In this document: piece by piece, positions 26,786 through 40,524 of the stretch
Layout of the letters: every line of letters starts with the position of its first letter
Numbering within the stretch: position 1 is the stretch's first letter
Assembly (NCBI GenBank): GCA_013265495.1
Contig: MU058000.1
Location: 2,170,001 to 2,234,000, forward strand
DNA length: 64,000 bases
From: Vicugna vicugna
Lineage: Eukaryota
Reading direction: 5' to 3'
Program-made: the position numbers and the translations under genes
The notes under the pieces: model-generated
The model's input: only the letters and a program-made list of their open reading frames with translations
Told to the model about the DNA's origin: nothing
Database searches by the model: none

Positions 26786-28648
26786 TAAAATAGCACCCAA
26801 AGTAATAAAATACCTAGGAATAAATCTAACCAAGAAGGTGAAAGAATTATACACAGAAAACTTAAACCATTGATGATGGAAATTAAAGAAGACTTTAAAA
26901 CATGGAAAGATACCCCATGCTCTTGGATTGGAAGAATCAATATTGTTAAAATGGTCACACTGCCCAAGGCAATCTACAGATTTAATGCAATCCCTATCAA
27001 ATTACCCAGAACATATTTCACAGAACTAGAACAGACCATAATAAAATTTATACGGAACCATCAAAGACCTAGAATCGCCAAAGCATTACTGAAGACGAAG
27101 AAAGAGGCTGGAGGAATAACTCTCCCAGACTTCAAAAAATACTATAGAGCTACAGTCATCAAGACAGCATGGTTTTGGTACAAAAACAGACATATAGACC
27201 AATGGAACAGAATAGAAAGCCCAGAAATGAACCGACAAACTTTTGGTCAACTCATCTTTGACAAAGGAGGCAAGAATATACAATGGAATAAAGACAGTCT
27301 CTTCAGCAAATGGTGTTGGGAAAACTGGACAGCAGCATGTAAAGCAATGAAGCTACAACACTCCCTTACACCATACACAAAAATAAACTCAAAATGGATC
27401 AAAGACTTAAACATAAGACAAGATACAATAAACCTCCTAGAAGAAAATATAGGCAAAACATTATCTGACATACATCTCAAAAATGTTCTCCTAGAACAGT
27501 CGACTCAAGCAATAGAAATAAAAGCAAGAATAAACAAATGGGACCTAATGATACTGACAAGCTTCTGTACAGCAAAGGAAACCATAAGTAAAACAAAATG
27601 ACAACCTACAGAATGGGGGAAAATTTTTGCAAATGAAACCGTCAAAGGCTTGATCTCCAGAATATATAAGCAGTTCATATGACTTAATAAGAAGCAATCA
27701 AACAACCAAATCCAAAAATGGGCAGAAGACCTAAACAAGCAATTCTCCAAGGAAGACATACAAATGATCAAAAGGCACATGAAAAAATGCTGCATATCAC
27801 TAATTATCAGAGAAATGCAAATCAAAACTACAGTGAGGTATCACCTCACACCAGTCAGAATGGCCATCATTCAAAAATCCACAAATGACAAATGTTGGAG
27901 AGGCTGTGGAGAAAAGGGGAACCCTCCTACACTGCTTGTGGGAATGCAGTTTGGTGCAGCTACTGTGGAAAACAGTATGGAGATTCCTCAAAAGACTAGG
28001 AATGGACTTAGTGTATGACCCAGGAATCCTGCTCCTGGGCATATATCCAGAAGGAACCCTACTTCAGGATGACACCTGCACCCCAATGTTCATAGCAGCA
28101 CTATTTACAATAGCCAAGACATGGAGACAGCCTAAATGTACATCAACAGATGACTGGATAAAGAAGAAGTGGTATATTTATACAATGGAATACTACTCAG
28201 CCATAAAAACTGACAACATAACGCCATTTGCAGCAACATGTCTGCTCCTGGAGAATGTCATTCTAAGTGAAGTAAGCCAGGAAGAGAAAGAAAAATACCA
28301 TATGAGACCGCTTATATGTGGAATCTAAAAAATAAAACATAAACAAAAACAAACAAACAAAGCATAAATACAAAACAGAAATAGGCTCATAGACATAGAA
28401 TACAAACTTGTGGTTGCCAAGGGGGCAGAGGGTGGGAAGGGATAGATGGGATTTCAAAATTGTAGAATAGATAAACAAGATTATACTGTATAGCACAGGG
28501 AAATATATACAAGCTCTTATGGTAGCTCACAGAGAAAAAAATGTGACAATGAATATATATATGTTCATGTATAACTGAAAAATTGTACTCTACACTGGAA
28601 TTTGACACAACATTGTAAAATGATTATAAATCAATAAAAATTGTTAAA
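26786..28648 (+). mobile_element. Young 5'-truncated L1 (ORF2 C-terminal part + 3' UTR)
   Basis: ORF 26870..27601 ([17 protein letters not shown]...[20 protein letters not shown]...[10 protein letters not shown]) is L1 ORF2; it has premature stops and frameshifts downstream. AATAAA and A tail present. Exact 17-bp TSD aaaaatcaccaacttct (26769-26785, 28649-28665). Confidence 0.97.
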
Positions 28649-28665
28649 AAAAATCACCAACTTCT

Positions 28666-29890
28666 GCACCTAAAAGCAGAGCTTCAAAAATATAAGTTAA
28701 AAAAAAGTCAAAGCAATAAGTGGAAACCAACAGAATTTGCAAACGTAGATTTCAGTCTCTCTCAGAAGCTGATGATTGCACCAAAATTAAAAACATTTGC
28801 TTACATACATGTAGATAAACATCTACATAGATTTAAATAATCCTCCACCTAACCAATTAGATTATTCAGTCAAAGATACATTGAAATTTATAAACATTGG
28901 CCTCAAACTAAACCAAAGTGAAAATCCAAATAAATTTCAAAGAACATTATAACAATATAATATCATCTTGAACCTCAGTATGATTAAATCGAGGAACAAA
29001 TGTTAAAAATTTGTAAATCTATCTATAAATAAATATATAAATTAAATATATTAGAATTAGTTGTAAATAACAATGGTTGCATAGCAAAAGAAAAAAAGAT
29101 GAGTAAAGTGATCTTTGGGGCAAATGTTTGAAGAGAAAATTTACAGGAAAAGACAAAGTCTTAAAAAATGAGATCTCTTTTCACATGCATTCATTCGTCT
29201 AAGAGCCCTATAATTCCAGGTATTAGAGTCCTGGGGCAAGGGAGCCCTCGTCCGTGGATAATGGGACTGTAACTTAGCGTCACCCCCAATACCCCACAAT
29301 CTGGATATAAAGCCCTGAGAACCTCTTACACAGTCACCCAGCCAGATGTCTGAAATAATGTTCTCTTCAGGATTATCTGAATAATAAAAAAGTCACAAAG
29401 AAAACAGAATGCCTTCTAACTGAGGAATTTAGAAATATTATGAAATGCTCTTGAAGTATTTATGCTAATCAGCAATTGAAATTAATGAACCAGAGCTACA
29501 TGAATCGAGTGTAGAAAATTATGGAACCATGTGCAGTGAAAATACACACATTGTGGAATAATAAGCACTACAGTGTGGGAACATCTATAAAAATGACTAA
29601 ATTATGCAAGCAGGATTGTTGATTGTACATACGCATTCATGGATTAAAACACAACAAATTAATAGCAGTTACATTTTTCAAGACTAGGGGAGGGGATGTG
29701 TTTAGGGAATTATACTGAGATGGCTACAACTATACACAGAAATTTTGTTTCCTAAAAAGTTAAAGAAAATAAAAATATTTTAAGCAAATATAACAACATA
29801 TTAAGGTTATTAACCTGGTTGGAGGGCACATGGTGGGTTCTCATCTTAGTCTCTTGGATTTTCTGTAGGAGTAAAGTATCTCATGGTTAA
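28666..29890 (+). mobile_element. Ancient L1 fragments (host of the young L1; probably also ~26500-26785)
   Basis: A-rich degenerate L1 ORF2- and 3' UTR-like sequence (aaataaatttcaaagaa..., aattgaaattaatgaaccagagctacatg..., ggagggcacatgg). Confidence 0.5.
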
Positions 29891-29939
29891 GATGAAGAAA
29901 AATGACTAAAGGCATACTGGAAGATGAAGAGAAGGGTAA

Positions 29940-30370
29940 ACTCAGAGTCCGTAGCCCTGGTGCCCCTTATGCGTTCTGACCAAGTGATCACAACTGCCTG
30001 TCCTCTGTCCTCTGTCATGGCTGAATCAAACTTGAGTCACACTTCTCTCCTCCACACAGGCCCCCAGGTTTCTCTCTTTCCCCCAGTCTGAGTAAACACT
30101 AAAGTGCAGACATCTCTGAGCCCTTCACAGCTCATCATGAGAACTGGCAGCCCACAGCGAGAAACATCTTCTATCTGTCCGCTCACCCAACTCATTTGCC
30201 CTGTTTCTCCTTTAAATTCCTGCTAGCCCTGCTTACTCTTCCCTATAAAAGCCATTTTCTTTTTGATTTTGAGATACCTGCAGATCCTGAGATTGGAGAG
30301 TTCCCTCTATTGCTCTAGTCTTTGAATGAATTCTCTACTTATCTAAATCTGGCTTTGTTTTTATTTGACA
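29940..30370 (+). mobile_element. ERV1-class LTR relic (MER110-like)
   Basis: TATA-like ccctataaaag at ~30241 and 3' end ...atctggctttgtttttatttgaca. 5' boundary uncertain. Confidence 0.55.
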
Positions 30371-30564
30371 TTTTTAAGGGAACCAGGAAATTGGATATGG
30401 TCGCAAGCCCTGGTACATGGACTTGGCCTTGCTTTAGGACACTTACTACTTAAATGATCATTCAGGTTACTTTTATGGAAGCAAAGTGCAGTCATTTTTA
30501 AAAACCATGTGAATAGATTACAGACATAAAAAGCTATTTTTTTTCTTCATTGTTTCTTCCAAGA

Positions 30565-30721
30565 TAAGACGACCATACATTCTGGTGTGTCTGGGACAGT
30601 TACACTACAATACTTTACACCTCTGGTGGATCAGTTAACACTTGTTAATTAATTGTAGCCACCTCTCACTCTTACTTTCAAAGAGGCCCTAGTTTTGATG
30701 ACAAATTATGCAGTCAACTTA
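30565..30721. mobile_element. hAT-Blackjack MITE (MER94-like)
   Basis: gaccatacattctggtgtgtctgggacagt...ttttgatgacaaattatgcagtcaactta resembles MER94 with degenerate terminal inverted repeats (TIRs). Confidence 0.6.
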
Positions 30722-30840
30722 AAGGTGTTTAGATGTTTAGATCTGAGCAGATTCTACAACCTACAAAATAATTTTCAAGGTAAAAAATTTTAAAAAAAAG
30801 ACCAAAAAAAAAAACAAAACAAAACAAAGTCAAGCTTGCT

Positions 30841-31003
30841 GGGAGGGTATAGCTCAGTGGTAGAATGTGTACTTAGCATGCTCGAGGTCTTGGGTTCAAT
30901 TCCCAGTACCTCCATTAAAGCAAACAAACAAACAAACAAACAAACAGATAAATTACCCTCCCCCACATACAACAAACAAAACAAATAAACAACAACAACA
31001 AAA
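30841..31003 (+). mobile_element. tRNA-derived SINE (camelid Vic-1-like)
   Basis: gggagggtatagctcagtggtaga (A box)...gggttcaattccc (B box), followed by a (CAAA)n tail. Confidence 0.92.
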
Positions 31004-31375
31004 ATACCTCAGGCTTATAGAGGACAAATTGGTGGTTGCCGGAGAGAGGTAGTGGTTGGGTAAAATGGATGAAGCGAGTCAAAAGGTACAGACTTCCAGT
31101 TATAAACTTAATAAGTCCTGGGGATGTAACACACAGCGTGGTGACTATAGTTAATAATACTGTATTGCCTGTTTGAAAGCTGGTAAGGGAGTAGATCTTA
31201 AAAGTTCTGATCACAAGAGATGATGAGAAAAATTTTAACTACGTTGGTAACGGATGTTAACTAGACTTACTGTGGCAGCCACTTTGCAATATACACAAAT
31301 ATCAAGTCATTATGTTGTACCTCTGAAACTAACGCAACGTTATACGTCAACTATGCCACAATAAAGAATAAAAGC
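31004..31375 (+). mobile_element. L1 3' UTR (L1MA9-like)
   Basis: ttggtggttgcc...aaaggtacagacttccagttata...gtgactatagttaataatactgtattg...tcattatgttgtacctctgaaactaa...aataaa. Confidence 0.85.
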
Positions 31376-33303
31376 AAGTAAATATAAACATTAGAGCAGA
31401 AGACAGCTCTAATACAGTGCCTACCTCCTCTCCTGCCTTCAGCTGTAGCTTGGAAGTTCCCCCTGGGTAAAGGCTAGGGTGCTCTCTCTCACTTCCCCTC
31501 CCTTTTATTTCTGCTGTGTTGGAGTGAGAAAGAAGAGGGAAAACTGGCCAAGGTCAAGTACTAGTCTGGACGCGTTTGTCGTCTGCTTTTGGCCGTGGTT
31601 GTTTCTTCGGGTGAGACTTACCTGGCATGGAAGTCTAGTCCAGCTCCCTTGTCAGCCCCTAGGGTGTGTTCTTCACGGATTCTCTGCTTGGACAGGACAG
31701 TGCCTCACCGAGACACAGTTTCTTGAAGTGAGAAATGCCTTCTGGCTAGAGATCTTTAAATGGCGGTTGAGGGGGAGGGGTAGCAGAACAGTTTAATCAC
31801 CTCCGAATAATTCTTGAAGAGGTTTTCAGGTCCCCAGGTACCACTCTCTGTAGTTTGGAGGATACTGGAAACTTGTCTGCCTTCCTATTTCACTTCAGGG
31901 AAACAGGTGCTGTCCACCTGAACATCCTGATACCAGCCATGACTGGGTGTCAGACCGAGACAGAGAAGCTGGTTCAGGACCACCTGCTAGATCCTGCAGC
32001 CATCATGGTGTTGAGGATTGCCTGGCACAGCCTCTGTGGCCGACCAGGTGGTGGAACTGACCGATCAACTGCTAGTCTAGCAAAGAGGAGGCTCTGACTC
32101 TGCTCCTGTCCCGATATGGAGGAATAGCCTCTCTTTTAGAAGAGGAAGAAGGGCCCATGCAGAGCTTAAAAATGTAAACTCAAAAATCTGTCTAGATGTT
32201 AATTAAAAGCAAGTTTTAGTTTGCCCGCCTTTTTGGTTTTTTAAAAATGCTTTTATGACTCTTTACTAGTGTAAATGGAAGAGAGCTGACTGTTTCTTCA
32301 GTTTCTCAGATAAGCACACATCTGAATAAAATGAATAGTTATTTGGTTAGCTATTTGGACAGGAAATGCCCACTTGTTTTATTGGGTAAATGACTTGGGA
32401 GAATACATGGTAATCTTTACTATCCTACCAGCTAGCCAGAAAAAGTCACCCTTAACAACTGGTGATCTCTGCTGTGTTTGGAGTCAGCTGTGGGAAAAAT
32501 ACATTGGACAAAGGTAGTGCGTTCCTGTTATCTCTGTCCACTGACTCTTCTTGGTGGGTTCTGATTCTTAAGGGCCAAAGAGAAATGACTAGAGGGTACT
32601 GGCATCTTACTTGGTAGTTTAACTTTCTTTCTAAAATTACAAAAAGAACAAAATAGTGCAATAAAAGCATAGATTTAATATCCTTAGATATATAGAAAGT
32701 GTGTGACTACCCCAGCTGATAAGTACGATTATTGATCCTGTTGATAATTTGTTTTTAAACTAGAATCTATTGACTAATCATTGTTTTAATACTCATCTTT
32801 AATAAAAATATATCAATTAATGATAGTCATTTTAATAAATACATATATAATTTATACACATATATATGTATATATACATGAAATTTGGGGGAAACTGACC
32901 ATAAACATACCATATAAGAACCTAAACACTCTGCAGAGATGTATCATGCTTATTGTTTGCTAAAAGATTAAATCATCATCTTAAATTTCACTGCTCAATT
33001 ATATATCCACTATAAAGAGTAATAATGTCAATGACATTTTCTGACCCTGGTAAAAATGTGTATTTGAATAAATGAAAATATTTCTTAACGTCAAAAGAGG
33101 TTTTGAAATATATATGTTTTAATGCTATCCTACATTCTCTGACGGGAAATTACATTCTATATTTTTCCATAATAAAAGTAAAATTTAAATGATCATAACC
33201 AATATTAAACATATATACTCATGCATTTATAGATTCATGTTTACTGTATATGCAAATGAATACAGGAATAACTCGAGTGCATTTAAAAGTGCACTTTTAT
33301 AGA

Positions 33304-33420
33304 GGTGAGGGTAAGCTCAGTGGTAGAGTGCGTGCCCCGCATACACAAAGTCCTGGGTTCAATCCCCAGGACCTCCATTAAAAATAAATACATAAACTTC
33401 ATTACCCCCCCAAAAAAGAG
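33304..33420 (+). mobile_element. tRNA-derived SINE (camelid Vic-1-like)
   Basis: agctcagtggtagagtg...gggttcaatccccag. TSD aaaagtgcacttttataga / aaaaatgtatttttataga (33285-33303, 33421-33439; 16/19 identical). Confidence 0.9.
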
Positions 33421-34450
33421 AAAAATGTATTTTTATAGAAAATCTTAACACTGCTCCTTGAGTTTAAATGAAGGACCTTCTTTTGAGAATGGTGCACCTT
33501 GTGGACTTCCAGGAAAAAATCATTCCCAACACTATACAACGCGATACTTAGGACAGTAGCGATAACGGAGAGCAGATGCAGAAATTCTGTGCGGAAGAAG
33601 CGGGAGGGAGCGCATGTTCAGTCTTCTCGTTTGTGTGATAAGTAGCTGTTTGAACTGTCTTTTTTGGACAGTGCTTTAGATTGTTGTAAACTAAGGGCAG
33701 ATGGAAGTAAATGTCTGGATTTCTTCCATTTCCCCAAGCACAGCATAGACCGTTGGAAGGCTAGTGCCCCGCATCTCCTCCGGACGCTGCAATCACCCAG
33801 GCGAAGATTAGTATTCAGCACGTGTTCCGCCGCGGCGGCGGCTGCAGTGCCTACACTTACAAATGCCTGGGTTTATCCTCATTTATTAATTACTTAATCG
33901 ATAAGCTCTGTACATGGTGACCATGATTATCGCAGAAGGTCACGGGAATAAAGGAGAGTGAGGTCCCCGGGCGATGAGGCCCGGGCACACGTCCATTCAT
34001 CTCAAGCGACATGACAAGACGCTATTTTTTATTTCTGCCTTGAATTTCAAATTAACAGTCAGCTGAAAAGACTCTGTTGAAGAATGAATCCGTAATAAAG
34101 GGATTTACTTCTCTTCCCTGGCCGCTGTTTCTTTGCTGCCATTGATATTGATTAATGGGATATGCATACCTTAAGGGAACCCTGCTGCTCTGAGTGTCTT
34201 CTCCCTGGTGTGTGTCAGGATCATGTTAATGCCTTGCATTTCTCAACACTTAGGAGTCAATCAAGTGTTTTAGAAACTGTGTTTTATGTAGAGGAAAGTC
34301 AAGAAAGCAGAGTGAAAAACAATGCATCTGTGTGTTCCCACTTGTGGAAAAAGAATTCGAGGTGCACTGTTTTTCACTCTGCTGTCTGACTTTCCCTATA
34401 TAGAACACAAACTGAAATGCTTGATTCTTTTTAAATGTTGACAAATGCAG

Positions 34451-34491
34451 GATAGATAGATTAGATTAGATAGATAGATAGATAGATAGAT
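34451..34491 (+). repeat. (GATA)n microsatellite
   Basis: Directly visible, with GATTA variants. Confidence 0.9.
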
Positions 34492-34574
34492 GGATTTGGA
34501 TTATATTGCTTATATTCTCAAAGGTTACACAAGGATCATTCATTATCATCATTACAAGTTTGTGCTGTTTTATT

Positions 34575-37010
34575 TGGTTCATTTTTAGATAGCTTTTTTG
34601 ATGTATAATTTACATATACTAAAATGTATGAATTTCAGGGCACAATTTTATGAATGTTGTCAGTCTACCAAAATCTGAGTGTGGGATCAAACCTCCAGAA
34701 TCATGACATAGAGCTGAACTATTCAATACAGTAGCAACCAGATACATGTGGTGATTGATCATTGGAAATACTAGTTTAACACAAAGAACAACATTGTAGA
34801 TGTATTGAATAACGTAAAATATACGCTGTAATCAAAGTTAATAATACTTTTTTCTTTTACTTTTTGAAGTATGCCTACTAGAATTTTTAAAATCACTATG
34901 TGACTTGTATTTTATTTCCCCTCACAAAGCATAGTATGGAACATTTTCATCAACACCAAAGTTTCCTCACATTGCTTTTCATTGACTCCTCCTACCCCAT
35001 CCTCAGTCCCTGACAACCACAAATTTATTCACCGTATCTAGTTTTGACTTTTCTCATATGATTATTTGCAATTTATATATCTTGTAGTCTAAACTGTGTA
35101 TTTTAATCCATTTTTAGAATTGCAAGATTCTTTATCATTCTTTATTTAGCAAATATTTTCTACCATTCTATGACTTGTCTGTTTTCTCTTAAAGAGTCAA
35201 CATTTTGATTTTCATGAATTTTAATCTATCTTTTTGTTAAATTTGTGGCTTATCATTTTATCATTCTAAGAAAACAAATATATTTTCTATGATTTCATTA
35301 AGAACTTTTATACTCTGTGCTTTTACAATTAAGACTTCACACATTATTGAAAACTCAATTGATCAAATATATGTAGGTCACTTTTGATTTTCTCTTGATT
35401 ACCATGGTTTATAGTTAAAGTCAGGTATTTAAAGTCTTCCAATTTTATTCGTATTTTCAAAACTAATTTGGCTAGTACAGTGATCTACATTTCCATATAA
35501 TTTTAGCATAAGCTGGTAAGTTTTGATGGAAGTTCTTACTAGAATCTGCACTGAGTTTCTAGATCAGTGGTGAGAACTAACATTTTAACAATGTGCAGTG
35601 CAACTATCCCTGCCATCTAAACTCAGAACATTTCCTCCCACCAAAAAAAAAAAAAAATCCTGTACTCGTCGCCAGTCATCCAATTCCTTTAATGGTAACC
35701 CACAACAGTCACTAATTTACTTTATGTCTCCACGGATTCGCATATTCTAGACTTTTTTTTTATACCTGGAGGCTTGGCATATTATTTAAAAAGTTCATCC
35801 ATGTGGATGCATAAATGACTATCTTATTATTGTTTCAGTTGACTAATTAATGTTCCATTGCATGGATGTACCACATTTTATTTATCCATCAATCAATTGA
35901 TGGACATTTGGATGGTTTCATAATTTTGGTTCTGATGTATAATGCTGATATGAACCTTCACATACAACTTTTTGTGTAGACATGTATGTTTAACTCTTAA
36001 GTATATGCTTGTCAGTAGACTTGTTGGGTCACATGGTTACTCAATCTTTAACTTTCTGAGGAGCTGCCAACCTGATTTCCAAAGTAGCTGTGCCATTTTG
36101 TAGCCCCCTCCCCCCAGCTATGTCTGATAGTTCTGATTTCTCTAAGTCCTCCCTACATTTGTTGTTGTTTGTCATTTATTATAACCATTTTAGTGAAGGC
36201 AAAATAATATTTCATTGTGATTTTGATTCTTATTTGACTAATGAGTAATGATATTGAGAATCTTTTCATGGACCTGTGGGCCGTTAATTTTTTTCCCAGT
36301 GTTGTTATAGTTTTAACAAAGGAATGGCATTTAGAAGGACCTTCCTCCATCAACACTTCTCATTGCACCTTAGCATTATTTTCTAGTTTTCAGCATATAG
36401 GTCTTCATTTTTTTTAACTTATTTTTAAGCATTTTATAATTTTGATGCTGTATTTTAATTCTATTATATTTGACACTATAATAAATTGTTTCTAATTCCA
36501 GTTTCCAATTGTGCATTACTGCTACATAGAAAATACATTATGCTTTTGTGTATGAATCTTATATCCTGTGACCTAAATTATATCCTGTGATCTAAATTTA
36601 TTTACTAATTTTAGAAGGATTTTTATAGATAGGCTTTTAAAACTCACTATCATATCATCTGCAGAGAATAGCAGTTTTGCTTTATCTTTTAAAATCCATA
36701 TGATTTTTATTTCTTTTTCTTGCCTCATTTTATTGTCCAGGACCTCCACTTGTAATAGTGAATTAAGTGGACATATTTCCTGTTCCAAATATTAGGGGAA
36801 AAGAATTCAGTCTTACCACTAAGTCTGATGTCAGCTCTATATTTTTTAAAGATGTCTTTGATAGGTTGAGGAAGTTACTTCCTCTTCCAAGTTTTCTGAG
36901 AGTTTTATTAGAAATGTGTGTCCAATTTAGTTAAATGCACTTTTTCTTTTTGCATCTTTTGAGATGATTATGAAGGTTTGCTGATTGATTTTGTTTTCCT
37001 GGATATGTGT
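34575..37010 (-). mobile_element. Cluster of old, fragmented L1 sequence
   Basis: L1 3' UTR motifs (tccattgcatggatgtaccacatttt...gatggacatttgg). Minus-strand ORF 36573..36788 (RQEKEIK.I...K.LFSADDMIV) is an RT-domain remnant. Confidence 0.8.
34715..34918. mobile_element. hAT-Charlie element (MER33-like, internally deleted)
   Basis: ctattcaatacagtagcaaccagatacatgtgg...ctactagaatttttaaaatcactatgtgacttgtattttatttc. Confidence 0.6.
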
Positions 37011-38165
37011 TGTATATTCTAGGTTCTTTGTAGGTCTGAGTACTTTTGAATGGATCCAGATGTTGTCAATTTGAACTAGATGGATGTTGGATTTTGTCAT
37101 AGAACTTTAAATATTATAATCTTTAATTTGGACACAGTGAAGGGACTTGGAATTAGTTTGATATTTTTGAATTTTTTTAAATAAACCTTTTCCAGGATGG
37201 GTCCAGAGAAACTTGTATTTACTAAAGTGATGCCCTGTGTCTTACGTGTTCTCTCTGCTCTGCTTCCTAGCCCAGTGTGAACCCTGGAAATTGTTCTGCC
37301 TACCATTTTCCAATGATTCTTTCCCCAGTTTCAAGTGGTTGAATTTCACACATGCAACTGATCAATATTTGCCATAGCTTTAAGGATCTCCCTCTCTCTC
37401 TTTCTCTCTCCATTCAACTTTCTCTTCTCTGATGCTCTGCTCTGCAAATTCTAGCTGTTCTTGGGCTCTCTGACCTTTGATCTTTTCCCCTCCACTCAGA
37501 AAGTTTGTGGTGTTCTGTTTAGTCTCCCATTCCACTCTTTGGTCTAGAAAATGGAGTCTAAGCAATAAACTGGGGAAATTGTTATGTTCACTTTGATATT
37601 TTTCCCTTTCTCAGAGGTCACAGTCATACATCATGTCTGTCCATATCTGAAAACTGTCGTTTATATGTTTTGCTATTTTATAATATATGAGTGTAAATCT
37701 AGTCCCTGTCTTCTGTAGCCAAGTGGGATAAATGTCTTTGATTGTGCTTTTAACCATCTTTTTCTAAATGATGTGACTCAGATTTACTTTGTGGTTATGA
37801 AATTCCTGTACCCTAAAAAGATTAGCAGTAATATTTACCCCAAATTCCCAAGTTGATTTTAAATTATGTCTGACTTTCAAGAACTGTGTAACATGTCATC
37901 TAAAGTAAAGGTATTGGAGCAAAAAGTGGGTTGAAAATGAGGATTATGTTAGCCAAGGAAAACTGGATGCTAAATTTCTTGAAAGCTTTGATGACATTGC
38001 TGAAGAAGTCAGGAACTAAAAATAGAAGTTTAGCTGATGATTTAGGAAAAGAAATTGAGAAGGCTGAATGAAAACACTTAAACAGAAATTCAGGAAAAAT
38101 TAATAAAAGGATTAACAGGGGTAAATAACCTAGTTCAAGAAATATGTTTAAAATTGTTGCTTTTA

Positions 38166-39262
38166 TTCTGCACAGCAAAGGAAACCATAAGTAAAACAAA
38201 ATGACAACCTATGGAATGGGAGAAAATTTTTGCAAATGAAACTGACAAAGGCTTGATCTCCAGAATATATAAGCAGCTTATATGACTTAATAAGAAAAAA
38301 ACAACCCAATCCAAAAATGGGCAGAAGACCTAAACAATCAATTCTCCAAGGAAGACATACAAATGATCAAAAGGCACATGAAAAAAATGCTCAATATCAC
38401 TAATTATCAGAGAAATGCAAATCAAAACTATGATGAGATATCACCTCACACCAGCCAGAATGGCCATCATTCAAAAGTTCACAAATGACAAATGCTGGAG
38501 ATGCTGTGGAGAAAAGTGAACCCTCCTACACTGCTGGTGGGAATGCAGTTTGGTGCAGCCACTGTGGAAAACAGTATGGAGAAATTCCTCAAAAGGAATG
38601 GACTTAGTGTATGACCCAGGAATCCTGCTCCTGGGCATATATCCAGAAGGAACCCTACTTCAAAAAGACACCTGCAACCCAGTGTTCGTAGAAGCACTGT
38701 TTACAATAGCCAAGACATGGAAATAGCCTAAATGTCCATCAACAGATGACTGGATAAAGAAGAGGTGGTATATTGATACAATGGAATACTATTCAGCCAT
38801 AAAAACCGACAATACAATGCCATTTGCAGCAACAAGGATGATCCTAGAGAATGTCATTCTAAGTGAAGTAAGCCAGAAAGAGAAAGAAAAATACCATATG
38901 AGACCGCTCATATGTGGAATCTAAAAAAAAAAAAAGAATACAAATACAAAACAGAAACAGACTCATAGACATAGAATACAAACTTGTGGTTGCCAAGGGG
39001 GCAGGGGGTGGGAAGGGACAGACTGGGATTTCAAAATTTGTAGATACTGACAGGCATATGCAGAATAGATAAACAAGATTATACTGTATAGCACAGGGAA
39101 ATATAAAGAAGGTCTTGTGGTAGCTCACAGTGAAAAAAAATGTGACAATGAATATATGTATGTTCATGTATAACTGAAAAATTGTGCTCTACACTGGAAT
39201 TTGACACAACATTGTAAAATGACTATAGCTCAATAAAAAATGTTAAAAAATAATAAATAAAT
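38166..39262 (+). mobile_element. Young 5'-truncated L1, closely related to 26786-28648
   Basis: Aligns by eye to ~27563-28648. AATAAA and A-rich tail present. TSD aaaattgttgctttta / aaaattgttgccttta (38150-38165, 39263-39278). Confidence 0.95.
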
Positions 39263-40524
39263 AAAATTGTTGCCTTTAAATATTGCAGAAACTTCAACAG
39301 TTAAAACTTTTGAAATGTATCCATTTAGAAATATAAAGATGATGCATAACTCTGTAAAAATGCAAATGAATAAATGAAGTAGTTACTATATCCCGTCTTG
39401 GTGGAATTGTGTTTATCTGGATTGAACCTTCAATATACACCTGTCAATGCAAATAGGAGACTAGCGTTAACTATAAATATTTAAATGGTATCTGCTTTCC
39501 GAGACAGAGTGAACAATTTACATTGCAGCGTTATGGACATTCCTTATTTAGGAAGTGCAAGGTGAAGATGAAAGGGTGTGTTTCAGAAGGAAAGCAAATT
39601 CACCTCCTATGGCAACGTCTGCTGCTGTCCTGTGATGTGTTGTATGCGGATGTCTTCTACAGTTGCTGGTATTCCCTGTTGTTGAAGCATGGACACATTT
39701 CTTTATTTCCTCATCTCATCACGCATTTCATCTCCAAGTTTTCACCGTGCTTTAATTACTTATTGGAAAAGAGTCAATACCATAGGAAGCTGATTTCACA
39801 GTTTTAGGAAAATAAAGTAGAAAATAAAGTACTCTGCACTACACAGCAGGACAATTTGAGATTTTTAGATTTCTATTTCTTCCGAAATTGCACCATTCAA
39901 TGCAGAAAAGTAGCTTAAGTACAAGGCTTAATGCTATCGATGCAAGAAGCACTTAGCAAATACTTGTTGAGTTGAATATTCGACTAGAGGCAATGGTATA
40001 CAGTGAATTAGGTTCAGGGTTAGAAGACAGTTTGATTCCAACTGCAATTGTAAGTGGATGGGGGACTTGAAAAGTTAACTTGTCTACACCATAGTGGTTT
40101 TTTGCTTTTATTTATGTTTTGTCTCCAGTATAAAGAAACTGACTTGAATCACCTCTAAGATTTTATTTACATCATTGTAGGAATTCAAGAATCGGCACCT
40201 TTTACGTGTCTAAACATTTTTATGTGTCAGCAGGCATCCCTTTAAACAGGACAAGTCTCTTGCCCCAGCCACACCTACAAAGACTACTACGTCTCTTAGA
40301 AATTTTTGGAAGTCTTTGAAGGTTATTTCTTTGCAATCCACAGTTTTCCCCCCTTGCCCGTTCCGACTCTCCATGCTGAGGTGCCAACGCTGTTGTGTGT
40401 TTGACCTAAAATTCACCGGTGATATTTCCATTAGTTGACTGAGCTACCGCTTTCAGGTCTCCTGAGTCTAGTGCTCCTAGCAGCCCAGGAAATTTTTAGT
40501 GAGGCATTTATTTTAGTATTTCTC

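Noticed and set aside
26870..27601. 243-aa ORF, the longest in the window
   Set aside because: Fragment of L1 ORF2 in a 5'-truncated copy with premature stops; no promoter, endonuclease or RT core.
30841..30915. tRNA-like sequences (also ~33304-33376 and ~21748-21822)
   Set aside because: They have A/B boxes but also A-rich tails, TSD-like flanks and no intact cloverleaf, so they are SINE heads rather than tRNA genes.
31614..31633. Match to the U1 snRNA 5' end (acttacctggca), equivalent to a perfect minus-strand donor CCAG/GTAAGT
   Set aside because: Similarity stops after ~20 nt and I found no convincing upstream acceptor; expected by chance in 64 kb.
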